A stretch of 64,000 bases of DNA from an uncultured Candidatus Rokubacteria bacterium (GTDB taxonomy: Bacteria > Methylomirabilota > Methylomirabilia > Rokubacteriales > CSP1-6): NCBI GenBank assembly GCA_963771355.1, contig CAVYTA010000006.1, forward strand, positions 256,001 to 320,000, in the 5' to 3' direction. Below the pieces are notes generated by a model. It searched no databases. It was not told the DNA's origin and was given only the letters and a program-made list of their open reading frames with translations. A program made the translations under genes and the position numbers. This document shows, piece by piece, positions 10,934 to 20,942 of this stretch (the first letter of the stretch is position 1; each line of letters starts with the position of its first letter).

Positions 10934-11332
10934 CTACACGTGATGCGTGTGGTGAACCTCCTCCGTCCGGCGGCTCATCGCCACCAGGCCGACCACGATC
11001 ACGATGAAGAGGACGGCGCCGATGGCGAGCGCGACCGTCGGATCCATTCCCAGGAAGCTCCCGCCGGGCCGCTCCACTACGCGCTCGGTGCGCTCCGTCC
11101 GGCTCTCGATCTGCACGTTGGACGACGGCACCTGCGGCGTCTGTACCTGACCCGAGGGCTGCTGCTGCTGCGCGGGAGGCGTCGAGCCGCTGTCAGACGG
11201 CGCCGCGGGCTTCGACTCCGTCTGCGCCGGAGGCGCGGGTGCAGGCGGCTGCTGCGCGCTCACGTCGAGGGCGAGGCCGCCGACCAGTAGAAGGGCTAGC
11301 ATCGATCCCATTATCCAGCTCATGCGCTTCAT
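10934..11332 (-). CDS. Small exported protein with Pro/Gln-rich linker and C-terminal membrane anchor
   Basis: RBS GGAGG; signal peptide, low-complexity middle, TM helix and RR..HHTHHV tail. Confidence 0.6.
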   Translation of the reverse strand: MKRMSWIMGSMLALLLVGGLALDVSAQQPPAPAPPAQTESKPAAPSDSGSTPPAQQQQPSGQVQTPQVPSSNVQIESRTERTERVVERPGGSFLGMDPTVALAIGAVLFIVIVVGLVAMSRRTEEVHHTHHV

Positions 11333-11542
11333 AGGTTCGCTCCTCCATGTCGAGGCTCGGCCAGTCGAGGCTCGGCTCGACTTCAAGATAGTTGCAATTG
11401 TAGAGGTAGCAACGGAGATGCCACGGCGTTCAATCGAAAGATCAGGCACTTGCAGAGAGGGGTACTTCATCTCTCCCAGGTCAGGGTTACCGCGTGGGCA
11501 GACTGTGTTTTATAGTATGGACACTCATAGAGCCTCTCGGTC

Positions 11543-12391
11543 ATGACCCACTCCATCGCTACTCCGATCTCCGCGCGACGGACGCGTGCGCGTACGCGTC
11601 CCGCTCGCGCCGTCCGCGCCCGGCGCCGATCGCGCCGTCGCGTGCTCCTCTTGCTGCTGGCGGCGCCGCTGGTGCTCCGGATCGTGGTGGGCGCGATACT
11701 CGTGCTGGCGATCTGGGTGGCGGTGAACTGGGTGTACCAGGTGATCCGCAAGCCGTCGGAGCTGTTCTTTCCCGTGGACCGCGTGCTGGCCAAGGCGCCC
11801 GCCGAGACGTGGCGGCGGTACGGTCCGCTCTTCCGCGAGCATTCGACCTCCGTCATCAGCGCCGAGCTGCTGGGCGCACTGGCGCAGGTCGAGAGCGCCG
11901 GCGACCCGCTGGCACGGACTTACTGGCGCTGGCAGCTGAGCTGGAATCCGTTCGCGCTCTACCAGCCGGCCTCCAGCGCGGTCGGCATGTTCCAGCTCAC
12001 GGACGCGACCTTCAACGAGGCGCGGCGCTTCTGCATACACGGCCACGTGGTGGTGGAGGACGGCCCGTGGCACGATCTCCACTCGTGCTGGTTCAACCGC
12101 TTCTACACCCGCGTGGTGCCGAGCCACGCCGTCGAGCTCACCGCCGCGCTGCTGGACCGTCAGGTGGCGCGCGTGCTCGCCCGCCACCGGCTCAGCGCGG
12201 CGACGCTCAAGCAGAAGCAGGACCTGGCCGCCCTCATCCATCTGTGTGGCGCGGGCGCGGGCGACGCCTTCGCCCGGCGAGGCCTCCGGCTGACGCCGGG
12301 CCAGCGGTGCGGCGACCACGACGTGCGACGCTACCTGGGCCAGGTCAACGCATTGAAGCGCCAGTTCGCCAACATGACGGCACCCGCATGA
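11543..12391 (+). CDS. Lytic transglycosylase (SLT-like) with N-terminal TM helix
   Basis: AQVESAG catalytic Glu motif and AVGMFQLTDAT. Confidence 0.75.
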   Translation: MTHSIATPISARRTRARTRPARAVRARRRSRRRVLLLLLAAPLVLRIVVGAILVLAIWVAVNWVYQVIRKPSELFFPVDRVLAKAPAETWRRYGPLFREHSTSVISAELLGALAQVESAGDPLARTYWRWQLSWNPFALYQPASSAVGMFQLTDATFNEARRFCIHGHVVVEDGPWHDLHSCWFNRFYTRVVPSHAVELTAALLDRQVARVLARHRLSAATLKQKQDLAALIHLCGAGAGDAFARRGLRLTPGQRCGDHDVRRYLGQVNALKRQFANMTAPA

Positions 12392-12405
12392 CCGCGAGGA
12401 CTCCC

Positions 12406-14139
12406 ATGCGCAAGACGATCACCGGCACCGGCGGAATGCTCCTCCTCCAGACCCTGAAGGACGCGGGGGTGGAGTATCTCTTCACCAACCCGGGCTCCGC
12501 CGAGACGGGGATCTTCGCCGCCATCGCCGAGGACGGTGACCAGCGGCTGGTGATGGGCAAGCACGAGGGGCTGGTGGCGGCCATGGCCGACGGCTATCAC
12601 CGGCTCAGCGGCAAGGTAGGCGTGGTCATCGCGCACGTGATGGGCGGCTCGTACCAGCTCGCCGGGCAGCTCTTCAATGCCCAGGTGGCCGGCTCCTCGC
12701 TCCTGGTCATCGCCGGCGACTGGGCCTCCGAGCTCCAGGACTATCGCGGGCTCGCGCCCTTTCCGGGGCTGAGCCAGGCGGAGTCCATGCGGCCGATCAC
12801 CAAGGAAGCGCGCGCGTCCTATCAAGTGCACGCGAACCCGGCCGCGATCACGGTGGCGACCATCCGCGCGCTGCGCGAGGCGACCACGCCGCCCACCGGG
12901 CCCGTCTACCTGTCCATCAGCGCGGAGCTCCTCCTCCGTGAGGGGCTGGAGGCCCAGATCGGGGAGGGGGCCGGGTATCAGATCGAGCGACCCGCGGCCG
13001 CGCGCCCGCAGACCGTCGAGGCAATCGCGCGCCGCCTCGCCGAGGCGCAGTGCCCGGTGCTCATGTTCGGCGACGACGTCACGCGCGAGGGGGCGCAGGC
13101 GGAGGCGGTCCGGCTCGCGGAGGCGCTCGAGGCGCCGGTCTTCGCCAGCCGGCAGATCTTCGCCAACTTCCCCACGCGGCATCCGCTCTACTGCGGCATG
13201 TATCCCGTCTCCAAGGACTTCGAGAAGGTCACGAGGCTCAAGCCCGATCTCCTGTTTCTGGTGGGTTGCCAGGGCGTGCACGGCGCCGTCAGCGAGCCGG
13301 CGGTGATGCAGATCGGGCCGAATCCCCTGTTGATGGGCCGGCACTATCCGCTGGACCTCGCGGCGCAGTGCGAGCTGCGCGACACGCTCCGGCATCTCGG
13401 CGACGCGGTGACCCGGCTGGCCGGCGGGGACAAGGCGGCGGGCTGGGCCCGGCCGCGCGCCACGGTGCGGGCCTACGCCAAGCTCCTCATCGAGCGCGAG
13501 GAGACGCTCGCGCGCGAGCACCAGCACGACTCGCCGGTGCATCCGGCGGTGCTGGGCGCCCACCTCGCGGAGATCCTCCCGCGCGAGACGGTGATGGTGC
13601 AGGAGAGCTCGACCGCGCGCACGGGGCTGGTGCCCTTCGGCCACGGCGGCCTCGCCTGGACGCGGAGCGGCGGCGGCTCGCTCGGCTGGGGCGTGGGGGC
13701 GGCCATCGGCGCCAAGCTCGCGGTGGGCCGCGACCGGCCGGTGGTGCTCAATCTGGGCGACGGCGCGCTGACCTATAGCGCGGTGGGCTTCTGGACCATG
13801 GCGCGGTACAACACCGCGGTGCTCACCGTCGTCTCCAACAACGAGAGCTATCAGATCGTGCGCCACAACTGGGCGCGCGAGGTGCCGGACAGCAAGATGA
13901 TCCAGGAGGGGAAGTACCCCGGGCTCTTCCTCGGCGCGCCCGCCACGGACTACGTGGCGCTGGCCCGCGCGCAGGGGGTGGAGGGGGAGTGCGTGACCAC
14001 GGTGAAGGAGCTGGAGCCCGCGCTCCGCCGGGGGATGGAGCGGATCACGCGCGACAACCGCCCCTACCTGGTCGAGGTCGCGGTGGCCCGGGAAGGTATC
14101 GGCGCGGACTCGACCTGGTACCAGGACTGGCGCCTCTAG
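12406..14139 (+). CDS. Thiamine pyrophosphate-dependent enzyme (benzoylformate decarboxylase-like)
   Basis: FTNPGSAE, HEGLVAAMADGY and GDGA...NN TPP motif; alternative start at 12388. Confidence 0.85.
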   Translation: MRKTITGTGGMLLLQTLKDAGVEYLFTNPGSAETGIFAAIAEDGDQRLVMGKHEGLVAAMADGYHRLSGKVGVVIAHVMGGSYQLAGQLFNAQVAGSSLLVIAGDWASELQDYRGLAPFPGLSQAESMRPITKEARASYQVHANPAAITVATIRALREATTPPTGPVYLSISAELLLREGLEAQIGEGAGYQIERPAAARPQTVEAIARRLAEAQCPVLMFGDDVTREGAQAEAVRLAEALEAPVFASRQIFANFPTRHPLYCGMYPVSKDFEKVTRLKPDLLFLVGCQGVHGAVSEPAVMQIGPNPLLMGRHYPLDLAAQCELRDTLRHLGDAVTRLAGGDKAAGWARPRATVRAYAKLLIEREETLAREHQHDSPVHPAVLGAHLAEILPRETVMVQESSTARTGLVPFGHGGLAWTRSGGGSLGWGVGAAIGAKLAVGRDRPVVLNLGDGALTYSAVGFWTMARYNTAVLTVVSNNESYQIVRHNWAREVPDSKMIQEGKYPGLFLGAPATDYVALARAQGVEGECVTTVKELEPALRRGMERITRDNRPYLVEVAVAREGIGADSTWYQDWRL

Positions 14140-14150
14140 GCCGCGCGTAG

Positions 14151-15002
14151 GTGGTATTGCTCGCGGCGAAGATCGTCTGCTCGGCGGGCTTCGTGCTGGC
14201 GATCACGGCGGCCATCGAGCGCCTGGGGCCGCGGCTGGGCACCCTCATCGCGATGGTGCCGCAGCTCGCGGTGCTCTCGCTGGTCTTCTTCGCCATCGAG
14301 CAGGGGTACGCCTTCGCCGCGGAGACGGCGTTCTGGAATATCCCCGGCATGTGCGCGACGGTGCCGGTCTTCGTCGGCTATCTGGTGGCGAGCCGGCTCG
14401 TGCCCGCCCCGCGCTGGGCCTCCATCACCGCCGGCGTGGCGTTCGGTACCGTCTGTTTCGTGATCCCCGCGTATCTGCTCAGCGTGATCGCGATGCCGCG
14501 CTGGGCGGTGGTGCCCCTCGCCGTCGCGGTGTGCTTCGGGACGGGGTGGATCGTGCGGCGCCTGCCGGACACCGTCCCCCTGCGGCGGGTGGCCACCGGT
14601 CCGCTGCTCCTCGCCATTCGAGCCAGCACCTCGGTGCTGACCGTGCTGGCGGTGACCGCGCTCGCCCAGCTCCTGGGTCCCAAGTGGTCCGGGCTCGTGG
14701 TCGGCTTCCCCGTCAACAGCCTGCCGGTGATGGTGATCCTGCACGTCCACTACGGCCGGGACGTGGTGAAGCCCTTCATCAAGACGTTTCCCGCGGGCGC
14801 CTTCGGGATCTGCCTCTTCGACCTGGTGGCCTGGCTCTGGCTCGAGCGGATCGGGCTCACGCTCACCGTCGTCCTCGGCTATGCGGTCGCCGTCGCCTAT
14901 CTCACCGTGGTGGGCTGGCTCCGCTACGCGGGAAGCTTGTCGCCGTCGGGGGGCGCGGGCACCTCGAACGCGTTGACCATGCCCGAGAGGAGCGCGAAGT
15001 AG
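14151..15002 (+). CDS. Multi-pass membrane protein of unknown function
   Basis: Many hydrophobic helices; internal duplication ERLGPRLG / QLLGPKWSG. Confidence 0.65.
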   Translation: MVLLAAKIVCSAGFVLAITAAIERLGPRLGTLIAMVPQLAVLSLVFFAIEQGYAFAAETAFWNIPGMCATVPVFVGYLVASRLVPAPRWASITAGVAFGTVCFVIPAYLLSVIAMPRWAVVPLAVAVCFGTGWIVRRLPDTVPLRRVATGPLLLAIRASTSVLTVLAVTALAQLLGPKWSGLVVGFPVNSLPVMVILHVHYGRDVVKPFIKTFPAGAFGICLFDLVAWLWLERIGLTLTVVLGYAVAVAYLTVVGWLRYAGSLSPSGGAGTSNALTMPERSAK

Positions 15003-15472
15003 TTCGCGGCGGCAGTCAGCTCGACCAGCCACGTGGTCCCGTAGCGCTTCTGGAGCGCGTCGAAGGCCGCCTGGTCCACGCGGTTGGTCCGCATGAGCTG
15101 GCGCGTATAGGCCACGATCTCCCGTTCTTCCGCCGGCAGGCTCGCCGGGTCGCCCTTGGCGCGGATGAGGTCGATGGCCTCTTCCCGCACCCCGGCGCGC
15201 CGCGCGGCGCCCACCTGGGCCGCCCACACATAGGCCGCCTCGCGCTCGCGCACGGCGGTGAGGATGGCGAGCGAGCGGAGCCGGCCCTCCACCACGCTCT
15301 CGTCGCGGTAGAACTTGACGAAGCTCAGCACCCGCTCCGCGAGCTTGGGGCTGTGAAGCAAGATGCTGAAGGGCCCGCGGACATTGCCGAACATCTCCAC
15401 CACGCCGTCCACCACGGGGGCGTGCTCGGGAGAAACATCCGACTTTCCGGTGATGGGGGCGACTCGGGGCAT
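14924..15472 (-). CDS. Carboxymuconolactone decarboxylase/AhpD-like protein lacking CxxC
   Basis: GPFSILLHSP, RSLAILTAVRE...YVWAAQ and LVELT motifs. Confidence 0.75.
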   Translation of the reverse strand: MPRVAPITGKSDVSPEHAPVVDGVVEMFGNVRGPFSILLHSPKLAERVLSFVKFYRDESVVEGRLRSLAILTAVREREAAYVWAAQVGAARRAGVREEAIDLIRAKGDPASLPAEEREIVAYTRQLMRTNRVDQAAFDALQKRYGTTWLVELTAAANYFALLSGMVNAFEVPAPPDGDKLPA

Positions 15473-15519
15473 GGGTATACTCCTCTCGCGGCACACTCTA
15501 GCAAAAATCGGAGGTCACC

Positions 15520-16548
15520 ATGCGCTATCGCCCGTTCGGCCGGACTGGATTGCAGGTGTCGGTGGTGGGCTTCGGCTGCTGGCCGATGGCGGGCGACCGC
15601 TACGGGGCGATCGAGGACGGCGAGGCGGTCAAGGCCATCCATCGCGCCCTGGACCGGGGCGTGAACTGCGTGGATACGGCGCCGGCCTATGGCGCCGGGC
15701 ACTCGGAGGAGGTCGTCGCGAGCGCGCTCGAGGGGCACCGCAAGGACGTCATCCTCGTCACCAAGTGCGGGGTGAAAGTCCCGCCGCCCGGGCAGCTCGG
15801 GCCGCTGCGCGACGCGAGCCGATCGAACATCCTCCAGGAGATCGACGCGAGCTTGAAGCGCCTCCGCACCGACTGGGTGGACGTGCTCCTCATCCACTGG
15901 CCGGATTCGGCCACCCCGTTCCAGGAGAGCATGCGCGCCCTGGAAGAAGTGGTGGTCTCCGGGCGCGCCCGCTTCGTCGGCGTCTCGAACTTCACCAGCG
16001 CGATGCTGTCGGAGTGCCTGGGTACCCGGCGCGTGGACGTCTCCCAGGTGGGCTACCACATGCTGGACCGGCGCCAGGAACGGGAGACCTTTCCCTTCTG
16101 CCTGGCGAACGGCATCGGCGTGATGGGCTACGGCTCGCTGGGCCACGGGCTCCTCACCGGAGCCTTCACCGCCGCCACCACCTTCGAGGCCGGTCGGGAC
16201 TGGCGCGCGGGCGGGGTCGCCTTCGGCCAGCCGCTGTTCCGCGAGGCCAACCTCAAGACGAATGTCGGCGTGGTGGAGCGGCTGCGCCGCGAGATCGCGG
16301 AGCCCCGCGGGGTCTCCCTGAGCCAGCTCGCGCTGGCCTGGGTGCTCGGCCATCCGGCGATCAGCACCGCGCTGGTCGGCGCGCGCACGCCCGCGGAAGT
16401 GGACGCCAACGACGCCGGCGCGGAGATCGATCTGTCCGCCGAGGAGCGGGCGCGGATCGACGCCATCGTCGCGGGGGCGGCCGGCCGGGTGCGCGAGTTC
16501 ACCCCGCTCCGGCCGGCCATGGAAGCCTGGGGCGAGGAGATCCGCTGA
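15520..16548 (+). CDS. Aldo/keto reductase
   Basis: VSVVGFGCW, DTAPAYGAGHSE, TKCG, SLKRLRTD, HWPD and GVSNF. Confidence 0.9.
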   Translation: MRYRPFGRTGLQVSVVGFGCWPMAGDRYGAIEDGEAVKAIHRALDRGVNCVDTAPAYGAGHSEEVVASALEGHRKDVILVTKCGVKVPPPGQLGPLRDASRSNILQEIDASLKRLRTDWVDVLLIHWPDSATPFQESMRALEEVVVSGRARFVGVSNFTSAMLSECLGTRRVDVSQVGYHMLDRRQERETFPFCLANGIGVMGYGSLGHGLLTGAFTAATTFEAGRDWRAGGVAFGQPLFREANLKTNVGVVERLRREIAEPRGVSLSQLALAWVLGHPAISTALVGARTPAEVDANDAGAEIDLSAEERARIDAIVAGAAGRVREFTPLRPAMEAWGEEIR

Positions 16549-16552
16549 GCCG

Positions 16553-18172
16553 CTACTTGGCCTCCTCCAGCCAGACCACCTCGAGCTGGGCGCCCTTGTC
16601 GAAGGAGTTCTTCATGCCGAAGTTTTTCACTCGCGCGCTCCACGACGACACCTGCTTGGGATACGGCGTGTAGACGTAGTACACCTGGTCGGCGGTGTAG
16701 CGCTGGATGTCGTCGATCACCTTCTTGCGCGGCGAGCGGACGGTGTAGCGGCGCTGGGCGTCCAGCATCACGTCGAGCTGGGTGTCGCTGACGTGACTGC
16801 GGTTGTCGGGCTCGCCGGTGCGGAAGAAGTTGTAGAGGTAGGCGTCCACCTCGGTGAAAAGCGAGGACGGTCCCCAGCTCGCCTCGTCGAACTTGCCGAG
16901 GAACGAGCCCCGGAGGTAGTTGCCGTACTCCTCGTTCACGATCTGAAGCTCCACGCCGATGGCCTTGAGGTAGAAGGCGAGGAGCTCTAGCTCCTCCACG
17001 TACTCGGGGCCATAGCCCGGCCAGTGCGTGCACTTCACCTTCAGGCCGTTGGGGAAGCCGGCCTCGGCCAGGAGCTTCTTGGCCAGGGCAGGGTTGTACT
17101 CGAGCCACCGCGCCCCGGGCCCCACCTGCTTGCCGGAGAGCTTCCACTCGCGCATCGGCGCGGGGATGGGGCCGTGGTCCTCGTAACCGTGACCCTCGAG
17201 GAACTGGGCCACCCATTTCTTGCGGTCCACCGCGAGGGAGAAGGCCCGGCGGACCCGCACGTCGTTGAACGGCGCCTTGTCGGTGCGGAAGGCGAGGGTG
17301 CGGACCGCGAGCCAGTCCCAGAACCGGATGGGATTGGCGCGGTTCGACTTCTGGAAGGCCGCCACCTCCGAGCGCGGGATGCGCCCGTCGTAGTAGGGGA
17401 TCTCGATTTGGCCCGCGCGAAAGAGCGAGAGCTGGGTGGCCCGGTCCTTGAGGAACAGCCACTCCACCCGGTCGAGGTAGGGCAGGCCCTTCTCGTAGTA
17501 GTCGGGGTTGCGCACGAAGGTGGCCTTCACGCCGGGCTCGTACCTGTCGAGCACGAAGGGCCCGCAGCCGATGAGCGACTCCGCCGTCTTGAAATCGCCC
17601 ATCTTCTCCTCGACCTCGCGGGGGAGGATGGCGTTCCAGGGCTCGGCGAGGTTGTGCAGGAAGGGCGCGTAGGCGTCGGCGAGGTGCACGCGCACGGTGT
17701 GGCTGTCCGGCGTCTCCACGCCCTCGATCTTGCCCAGCAGGTTGGCGTAGGCGGACTTCTTCAGCGCCCGCTCCCAGGTGTATTTCACGTCGGCGGCCAC
17801 CAGCTCGCGCCCGCTCACGGGCGCGCGCTTCTCCCAGCGGATCCCGCGCCGCAGGGTGATGGTGTAGGTCCGCCCGTCCTTGGACACCTCCGCCCTCTGG
17901 GCGATGTCGGGGGCGAGGGTGAAGTCGGAGGGCCCGTACTTGCTCCCGTTCACGTACTTGAACAGGGTGCGATGCACGAAGGACGAGATGAGCTGGGTCG
18001 GGAACGACACCGAGGCGTGGATGTCGAACGTGGGCGGCTCGAAGCCGACCTGGCGCAGCGTCCCGCCCCGTCTGGGCTGGGGGCCCTGGGCCCATGCGGG
18101 CGTCGCCGCCAGCGTGGCCGCCGCCGCGCTCGCCCGGATGAAGTCACGCCGCCGCATCGTTGCGTTCGCCAT
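16553..18172 (-). CDS. ABC transporter substrate-binding protein (family 5), Tat-exported
   Basis: RRRDFI Tat motif, GGTLR, GCGPF, PFNDVRVRRA. Confidence 0.9.
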   Translation of the reverse strand: MANATMRRRDFIRASAAAATLAATPAWAQGPQPRRGGTLRQVGFEPPTFDIHASVSFPTQLISSFVHRTLFKYVNGSKYGPSDFTLAPDIAQRAEVSKDGRTYTITLRRGIRWEKRAPVSGRELVAADVKYTWERALKKSAYANLLGKIEGVETPDSHTVRVHLADAYAPFLHNLAEPWNAILPREVEEKMGDFKTAESLIGCGPFVLDRYEPGVKATFVRNPDYYEKGLPYLDRVEWLFLKDRATQLSLFRAGQIEIPYYDGRIPRSEVAAFQKSNRANPIRFWDWLAVRTLAFRTDKAPFNDVRVRRAFSLAVDRKKWVAQFLEGHGYEDHGPIPAPMREWKLSGKQVGPGARWLEYNPALAKKLLAEAGFPNGLKVKCTHWPGYGPEYVEELELLAFYLKAIGVELQIVNEEYGNYLRGSFLGKFDEASWGPSSLFTEVDAYLYNFFRTGEPDNRSHVSDTQLDVMLDAQRRYTVRSPRKKVIDDIQRYTADQVYYVYTPYPKQVSSWSARVKNFGMKNSFDKGAQLEVVWLEEAK

Positions 18173-18216
18173 CGGTCGCGGGGCGTAGTGTACGATACCC
18201 GGAGGAGGAGACAGCC

Positions 18217-18735
18217 ATGGCCAGGATGGAGCCGCTGGGGATCCACGAGGTCGATGACGAGATCCGCCACTTCTGCGAGGACGCCGAGCGCCAGACCGGT
18301 ACCTCCGCGAGCACCCGGACCTACGCGCGGAATCCCGCCGTGTTCAAGGCGCTCACCGCCTTTCGCGGCGCCCTGGTGCGCGAGGGCACGCTGGATCCCG
18401 TGCTCCGCGAGCTGGTGCGGATCAAGATCGCCGGACTGAACGCCTGCCGCTACTGACTCACCCTGCGCTATGCCGGGGCCCGGCATGCGGGGGCGACCGA
18501 AGCGAAGATCGCCGCGATCAACGACGAGACCTCCGACCTCCTGACCCCGCGCGAGCGGGCGGCCGTCCGCTTCGCCGAGAAGCTCGCGGTGGACCACCAG
18601 AAAGTGGACGACGCGCTCTGGGCGGAGATGCGCCAGCAGTTCACGGAAGCCGAGATCATCGAGCTGGTGGCCCACACCACGCTCTTCATCGGCTTCGGGC
18701 GCTTCAACGAGATCGTGGGGCTGGACCCGGCCTGA
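18217..18735 (+). CDS. AhpD/CMD-like selenoprotein (CxxU: NACRYU), Sec at TGA 18454-18456
   Basis: Strong RBS GGAGGAGG. The frame continues past the TGA with AhpD-like sequence (LTPRERAAVRFAEKLAVD...FTEAEIIELV...GFGRFN) to the stop at 18733-18735. The TGA sits at the second Cys of CxxC and a hairpin follows. Confidence 0.85.
18461..18492 (+). promoter_or_regulatory. Putative bacterial SECIS element
   Basis: CCCTGC-gct-ATGCCGG-[GGC]-CCGGCAT-GCGGGG stem-loop; G-containing loop begins 21 nt after the UGA. Confidence 0.7.
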
Positions 18736-18737
18736 CC

Positions 18738-19496
18738 CTACTGGGCGAGCGCGCCCCCGTCGATGAGCAGCTCGGCGCCGGAGATGTAGGAGGCATCGTC
18801 GGAGGCGAGATAGAGGACCGCGCTGACGATCTCGGCCACTGTGCCCATGCGGCCCATCGGGATGCGCTGGAGCCGGCGCTCCATGGCCTCGCGGTCGCGG
18901 AAGGCGCTGTGGAACATCTCCGTGTCCACCGGTCCCGGATGCACCGAGTTGCAGCGGATCTTGTCCTTGGCGTGCTGGGCCGCCGTCACCTTGGTGAAGA
19001 TGCGGACGGCGCCCTTGCTGGCGGCGTACGCGGGCTCCTGGTGCAGCGACTGCCCCATGCCCGCGATCGACGAGATGTTCACGATGGAGCCGCCGCCGGC
19101 CCGGCGCATGGCGGGGATGGCGTGCTTGGTGCCGAGGAACACGCCCTTGGCGTTCACCGCCATCACCTGATCCCACTCGGCGGCGGTGCGCTCCTCGATG
19201 GGCACGCGCGGGATGACGATGGCGGCGTTGTTGATGAGGATATTCAGCCGTCCGTAGAGGACGATGGCCGCCTGGACGGCCTTCTGCCAGTCCGCCTCCT
19301 GGGTGACGTCGAGGTGCACATAAGTGGCGTCCCCTCCGGCCTTGCGAATGGCCGTCTCCACCTCCTGTCCCTCGGCGTCCCGGATATCGCCAAAGACCAC
19401 CTTGGCGCCTTCGCGCGCGAAGGTCTCGGCCTCCGCCGCGCCCTGACCTCGCGCGCCCCCGCTGATCAGCGCGACCTTCCCGTCCAGCTTTCCCAT
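18738..19496 (-). CDS. Short-chain dehydrogenase/reductase
   Basis: GGARGQG, NNAA, YAASKG and NSVHPG. Confidence 0.9.
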   Translation of the reverse strand: MGKLDGKVALISGGARGQGAAEAETFAREGAKVVFGDIRDAEGQEVETAIRKAGGDATYVHLDVTQEADWQKAVQAAIVLYGRLNILINNAAIVIPRVPIEERTAAEWDQVMAVNAKGVFLGTKHAIPAMRRAGGGSIVNISSIAGMGQSLHQEPAYAASKGAVRIFTKVTAAQHAKDKIRCNSVHPGPVDTEMFHSAFRDREAMERRLQRIPMGRMGTVAEIVSAVLYLASDDASYISGAELLIDGGALAQ

Positions 19497-19529
19497 GGTG
19501 TTTGTATGATAGTCCAGGAGACCTCGCCC

Positions 19530-20942
19530 ATGCTCGAAGAGCCCACTTCGCTCCGCATCGAGGACCCCGGCGTCCGGGCGCTGTTCACCGAATCTGCGCG
19601 GTTTCAATCGTGGCTGGACGTCGAGGCCGCGCTCGCCCAGGCGCAGGGCGAGCTGGGCGTCATTCCCGAGGCCGCCGCGCGGGAGATTGTCGACAAGGCG
19701 CACCTCTCCTTCCTGGATCTGGCGGCGGTCCGGGAGGGGCTGGCGCGAACGGGTCATCCGCTGGTTCCGCTGGTGTGGGCGCTGGACCGAGCCTGCGAGG
19801 GAGACGCCGGCGGTTACGTGCACTGGGGCGCCACCACCCAGAACATCACCCAGACGGGCCAGCTCCTCCAGGTGCGCCGGGCCCACGACATCTTCCTCCG
19901 CCAGCTCGCCGCCATTCTCGCCACGCTGGCCGACCTTGCCGAGCGGACGAAGGACGTCCTGCTCCCCGGCCGCACCCACGGCCAGCACGCGGTGCCAGCC
20001 ACGTTCGGGTTCAAGGTGGCGGTGTGGATCGACGAGCTGGACCGCCACGTGGAGCGCCTGCAAGGCTGCGAGAGGCGCGTGTTCGTGGCCATGCTGGGCG
20101 GCGGCGCCGGGACCCTCGCCTCGCTCGGCGAGGGCGGTCTCGTCACGCAGGAGAAGATGGCGGCCCGGCTGGAGCTGCGACCCATGCCGATGCCCGCGCG
20201 CACCATCGGCGATCATCAGGCCGAGTACGTCCTGCTCCTCGGCATGCTGGCGGCGACGTGCAGCAAGATCGGGCGCGAGATCTACACCCTGATGAAGCAG
20301 GAGTTCGGCGAGGTCGAGGAGCCGGTGCCGGCGGGCACGGTGGGTAGCAGCACCATGCCCCAGAAGCGCAACCCGAAGCTGTCCCAGGACATCATCGCCG
20401 CCGCCGCCCAGATCCGCGCCCTGGTGCCGCTTGCGCTCGAGGCCATGCAGACCGAGCACGAGGCCGACCGCACCACCAGCATCATGATGAGCCGGGCGCT
20501 GGTGCAGGCCTGCGAGCTCACCGGCGACGTGCTGCAGCGGATGATCGCGCTCTTCGCGGGGCTGCAGGTGTTTCCGGAGCGGATGCGCCAGAACCTCGAT
20601 CTATCGGGCGGCCTCATCATGGCGGAGGCACTCATGCTCGATCTCGGCAAGCAGATCGGACGGCAGCGGGCCCACGACGCGGTCTACGACGCGGCACAGG
20701 CCTCGGTCACCCGGGGGCGCCCGTTCCGCGAGATGCTGGCGGAGGAGCCTCAGGTGAGCGCCCGGCTCACCCCCGCGCAGGTCGAGGCGCTGCTCGACCC
20801 CGCCCGGTACACGGGGCTCTGTCGCGAGTTCGCGGAGCGCGGCGCGGCGCGGGGGCGCGAGATCGCCGCCGGCCTCACGCGTGCGACTCGTGGCTCGCGA
20901 GCCGCCGGCCGGAATCCCGCTCGAACAGGTGATAGCGCCTGA
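19530..20942 (+). CDS. Adenylosuccinate lyase / 3-carboxy-cis,cis-muconate cycloisomerase family
   Basis: HWGATTQN, GRTHGQHA and the fumarate-lyase signature GSSTMPQKRNP. Confidence 0.85.
   Translation: MLEEPTSLRIEDPGVRALFTESARFQSWLDVEAALAQAQGELGVIPEAAAREIVDKAHLSFLDLAAVREGLARTGHPLVPLVWALDRACEGDAGGYVHWGATTQNITQTGQLLQVRRAHDIFLRQLAAILATLADLAERTKDVLLPGRTHGQHAVPATFGFKVAVWIDELDRHVERLQGCERRVFVAMLGGGAGTLASLGEGGLVTQEKMAARLELRPMPMPARTIGDHQAEYVLLLGMLAATCSKIGREIYTLMKQEFGEVEEPVPAGTVGSSTMPQKRNPKLSQDIIAAAAQIRALVPLALEAMQTEHEADRTTSIMMSRALVQACELTGDVLQRMIALFAGLQVFPERMRQNLDLSGGLIMAEALMLDLGKQIGRQRAHDAVYDAAQASVTRGRPFREMLAEEPQVSARLTPAQVEALLDPARYTGLCREFAERGAARGREIAAGLTRATRGSRAAGRNPARTGDSA

Noticed and set aside
11494..12405. 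N-terminal extension of the 881-aa TPP ORF (similar extensions on leuC, LysR, SDR and the lyase)
   Set aside because: The extensions overlap other real genes; better starts lie downstream.
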